Below are positions 62,616-64,000 of a DNA stretch of 64,000 nt, in pieces (within the stretch, counting starts at the first letter, position 1; every line of letters starts with the position of its first letter). The DNA is taken from NCBI GenBank assembly GCA_963732315.1, contig CAVSYY010000012.1, positions 1,399 through 65,398 of the forward strand, given 5' to 3'. The position numbers and the translations under genes were made by a program. The DNA is from an uncultured Acidobacteriota bacterium (GTDB lineage: Bacteria; Acidobacteriota; Terriglobia; Terriglobales; Acidobacteriaceae). Below the pieces are notes generated by a model, which saw only the letters and a program-made list of their open reading frames with translations, did not search any database and was not told where the DNA came from.

Positions 62616-63024
62616 TTTAACTTTCAGTTAAGTCGTTTGGTTGCCATGCCATAGCGGAGAGAAAGGGATTTGGACCCGCGATACAGGTTGGCAACACCTA
62701 GGTAATCGACCGGCGTCGTCGAGTTGCTCTCACAGGGGCTTTCGTGCTCAGGCTGCGCGGAACCAGGTATCGGACCGCCAGGCGCCAGTGGAGCGCCGGT
62801 CACGACTCCTTCCCCTTCCCGCAAAACGCTGGTCACTTCCCTGCAATTACGAAGGTGCCTGTACCTTAGCGGTTTTGTCTTCCCAAAATCCCCGTCTTGA
62901 GCCGTTATAGAGGCAAGTGTCGGGTGCGGTCCTGCCACCAAAAGGAATAGGGCGGTCGCGGCGGAGTCCGGCGCGCGGCTGCAGTCCAGCGGGAACGCTG
63001 CCGCTGCAGGGAGTCCCAGTGACG

Positions 63025-64000
63025 ATGAATCGAGACGAGCAGAAGATCCGGACGCTTCGCCGCACCGAGCGGGCAAGAGAGCTGCGGAAGATTCTGCTGT
63101 TCTGTGCCAACTGGTTATCCACGCCGCTGTTCCTGGTTTTTTGGGGAGCGGATTACTTTTACGCCCGCAATCATTTCTTTCTTTTTGGATGTCTTCGGCT
63201 GTTGGTTCTACCGTCCGGCTGGCTGCTCAACATCGAGGTAAAAAAGACCCGCAACATTGTCCGGATTCAGAGCTGGGGAGCCTTCCACGTTTTCGTGGAC
63301 GCGATGCTCATTACCATCATGGCGTTTCTTGCGGAAGGAAAAACCTCGGTTTACTACGCGGGCCTGAACTTGTTGACCATCGCGGTGGGCTCGTTTATTC
63401 CCTGGACGACGCTCGCCCTCGCAGGCAATGTCGGTCTTATTTACTTTCCTTACATCGTCTGGTCCCTGCTGACATGGCGCAGGGGAGGACACGCAATCTT
63501 TCTCGTCAACTGTTTCTTCATGGCCACCACGATCATTCTCACGCTGGTGATCCGCAGCTTCAACGAAACCTACCGCGTGTCGGCCATTCGCAGCCGTGTG
63601 GCCTTGCAGAATGAATTGCACCGGCGCGCCGCCATCATTGAGGAGAAAACCGCCGAGGCGCTCGGCTTGCAGGAGCAGTTTCGGCAAGCGCAGAAGATGG
63701 AAGCGATCGGGCGGCTCGCCGGAGGAATTGCGCATGATTTCAACAATCTGCTGATGGTCATCCAGGGCTACGCGGAGGTCATGCGCGACGATTATCCCGC
63801 CGATGCCGCCCATCGCGATAAGACGGAGCAGATTCTGAAGGCTTCCAGCCGGGCGGCGGCTCTCACCCGGCAAATGCTGGCCTTCGGCCGCAAGCAGATG
63901 CTCTGCCCCGTCGTACTGGAGCTGAACGGTGTGATCGACGAGACGGCGAGGATGCTGAAGCGGCTCATCGGTGAAGATATCGAGTTTCGAGTCCTGCCCG
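63025..64000 (+). CDS. Membrane-bound sensor histidine kinase, 3'-truncated by the window edge
   Basis: Open frame from the ATG at 63025 to the end of the window. It is absent from the ORF track because no stop is reached. TM helices come first, then a HisKA H-box (MEAIGRLAGGIAHDFNNLLMVIQGY). Confidence 0.8.
   Translation, partial: MNRDEQKIRTLRRTERARELRKILLFCANWLSTPLFLVFWGADYFYARNHFFLFGCLRLLVLPSGWLLNIEVKKTRNIVRIQSWGAFHVFVDAMLITIMAFLAEGKTSVYYAGLNLLTIAVGSFIPWTTLALAGNVGLIYFPYIVWSLLTWRRGGHAIFLVNCFFMATTIILTLVIRSFNETYRVSAIRSRVALQNELHRRAAIIEEKTAEALGLQEQFRQAQKMEAIGRLAGGIAHDFNNLLMVIQGYAEVMRDDYPADAAHRDKTEQILKASSRAAALTRQMLAFGRKQMLCPVVLELNGVIDETARMLKRLIGEDIEFRVLP

Noticed and set aside
62640-62720. tRNA-like fragment on the minus strand (GGGTCCAAATCCC resembling a T-arm), possibly an att-site remnant.
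   Set aside because: Only a 3-bp T-stem can form, no acceptor or anticodon arms can be built, and there is no match to the tRNA-Pro in this window.
62620-63024. Structured ncRNA (RNase P RNA, tmRNA, SRP RNA, 6S) in the GC-rich part of the orphan spacer.
   Set aside because: I could not find any of the signature motifs on either strand (GAGGAAAGUCC for RNase P, the tRNA-like 3' end and tag ORF for tmRNA, the GGAA-containing SRP domain IV). This cannot be excluded without a covariance-model scan.

Overview
High-GC bacterial chromosomal segment. Gene content and an Acidobacteria-style REP-like hairpin element suggest Acidobacteriota/Terriglobia, but that is inference only. It is mostly ordinary chromosome, with no CRISPR array, IS element, integrase or prophage.

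Gene blocks in order:
- 1-8.2 kb: a nitric-oxide stress block. It holds NnrS, a radical SAM/SPASM enzyme, the acetolactate synthase large subunit, quinol-dependent NO reductase, a hemerythrin and DinB.
- 8.3-15 kb: MarR/NUDIX, hydrolases and oxidoreductases, metC and a patatin-like lipase.
- 15-28 kb: envelope and housekeeping genes. These are an M13 peptidase, a SurA-like PPIase, ppa, a secreted beta-propeller, murJ, bactofilin, rnr, yggX and tRNA-Pro(GGG).
- 28.7-35.2 kb: a translationally coupled CusCBA/CzcCBA-type heavy-metal RND efflux operon, led by a small Cys/His-rich secreted ORF.
- 35-41.6 kb: NHL-repeat protein, degenerate GGDEF protein, polysaccharide deacetylase, a broken PAS signalling gene and HtrA.
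- 42.3-49.1 kb: a three-gene cluster of a 1108-aa transglutaminase/DUF2126-like protein, a fused circularly permuted ATP-grasp + alpha-E protein, and a second transglutaminase. As far as I know this system is only predicted computationally and has no known product. It is my best candidate for an uncharacterised system.
- 49.2-59.4 kb (minus strand): a Pat-like acyl-CoA synthetase/GNAT gene followed by a pgm-tal-pgi-gnd-zwf operon.
- 59.9-64 kb: an APC permease, a low-GC orphan patch and a 3'-truncated histidine kinase.

Most striking sequence-level observation: eight reading-frame breaks, all single-base insertions, plus two in-frame stops. They are concentrated in four genes (tal x4, pgm x1, Pat-like x1, PAS gene x2 plus a TAA), while the large CDSs checked (cusA 3.3 kb, 42320-45646 3.3 kb, rnr, qNOR) show no breaks. 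This points to localised assembly or consensus error, or to very recent pseudogenisation.
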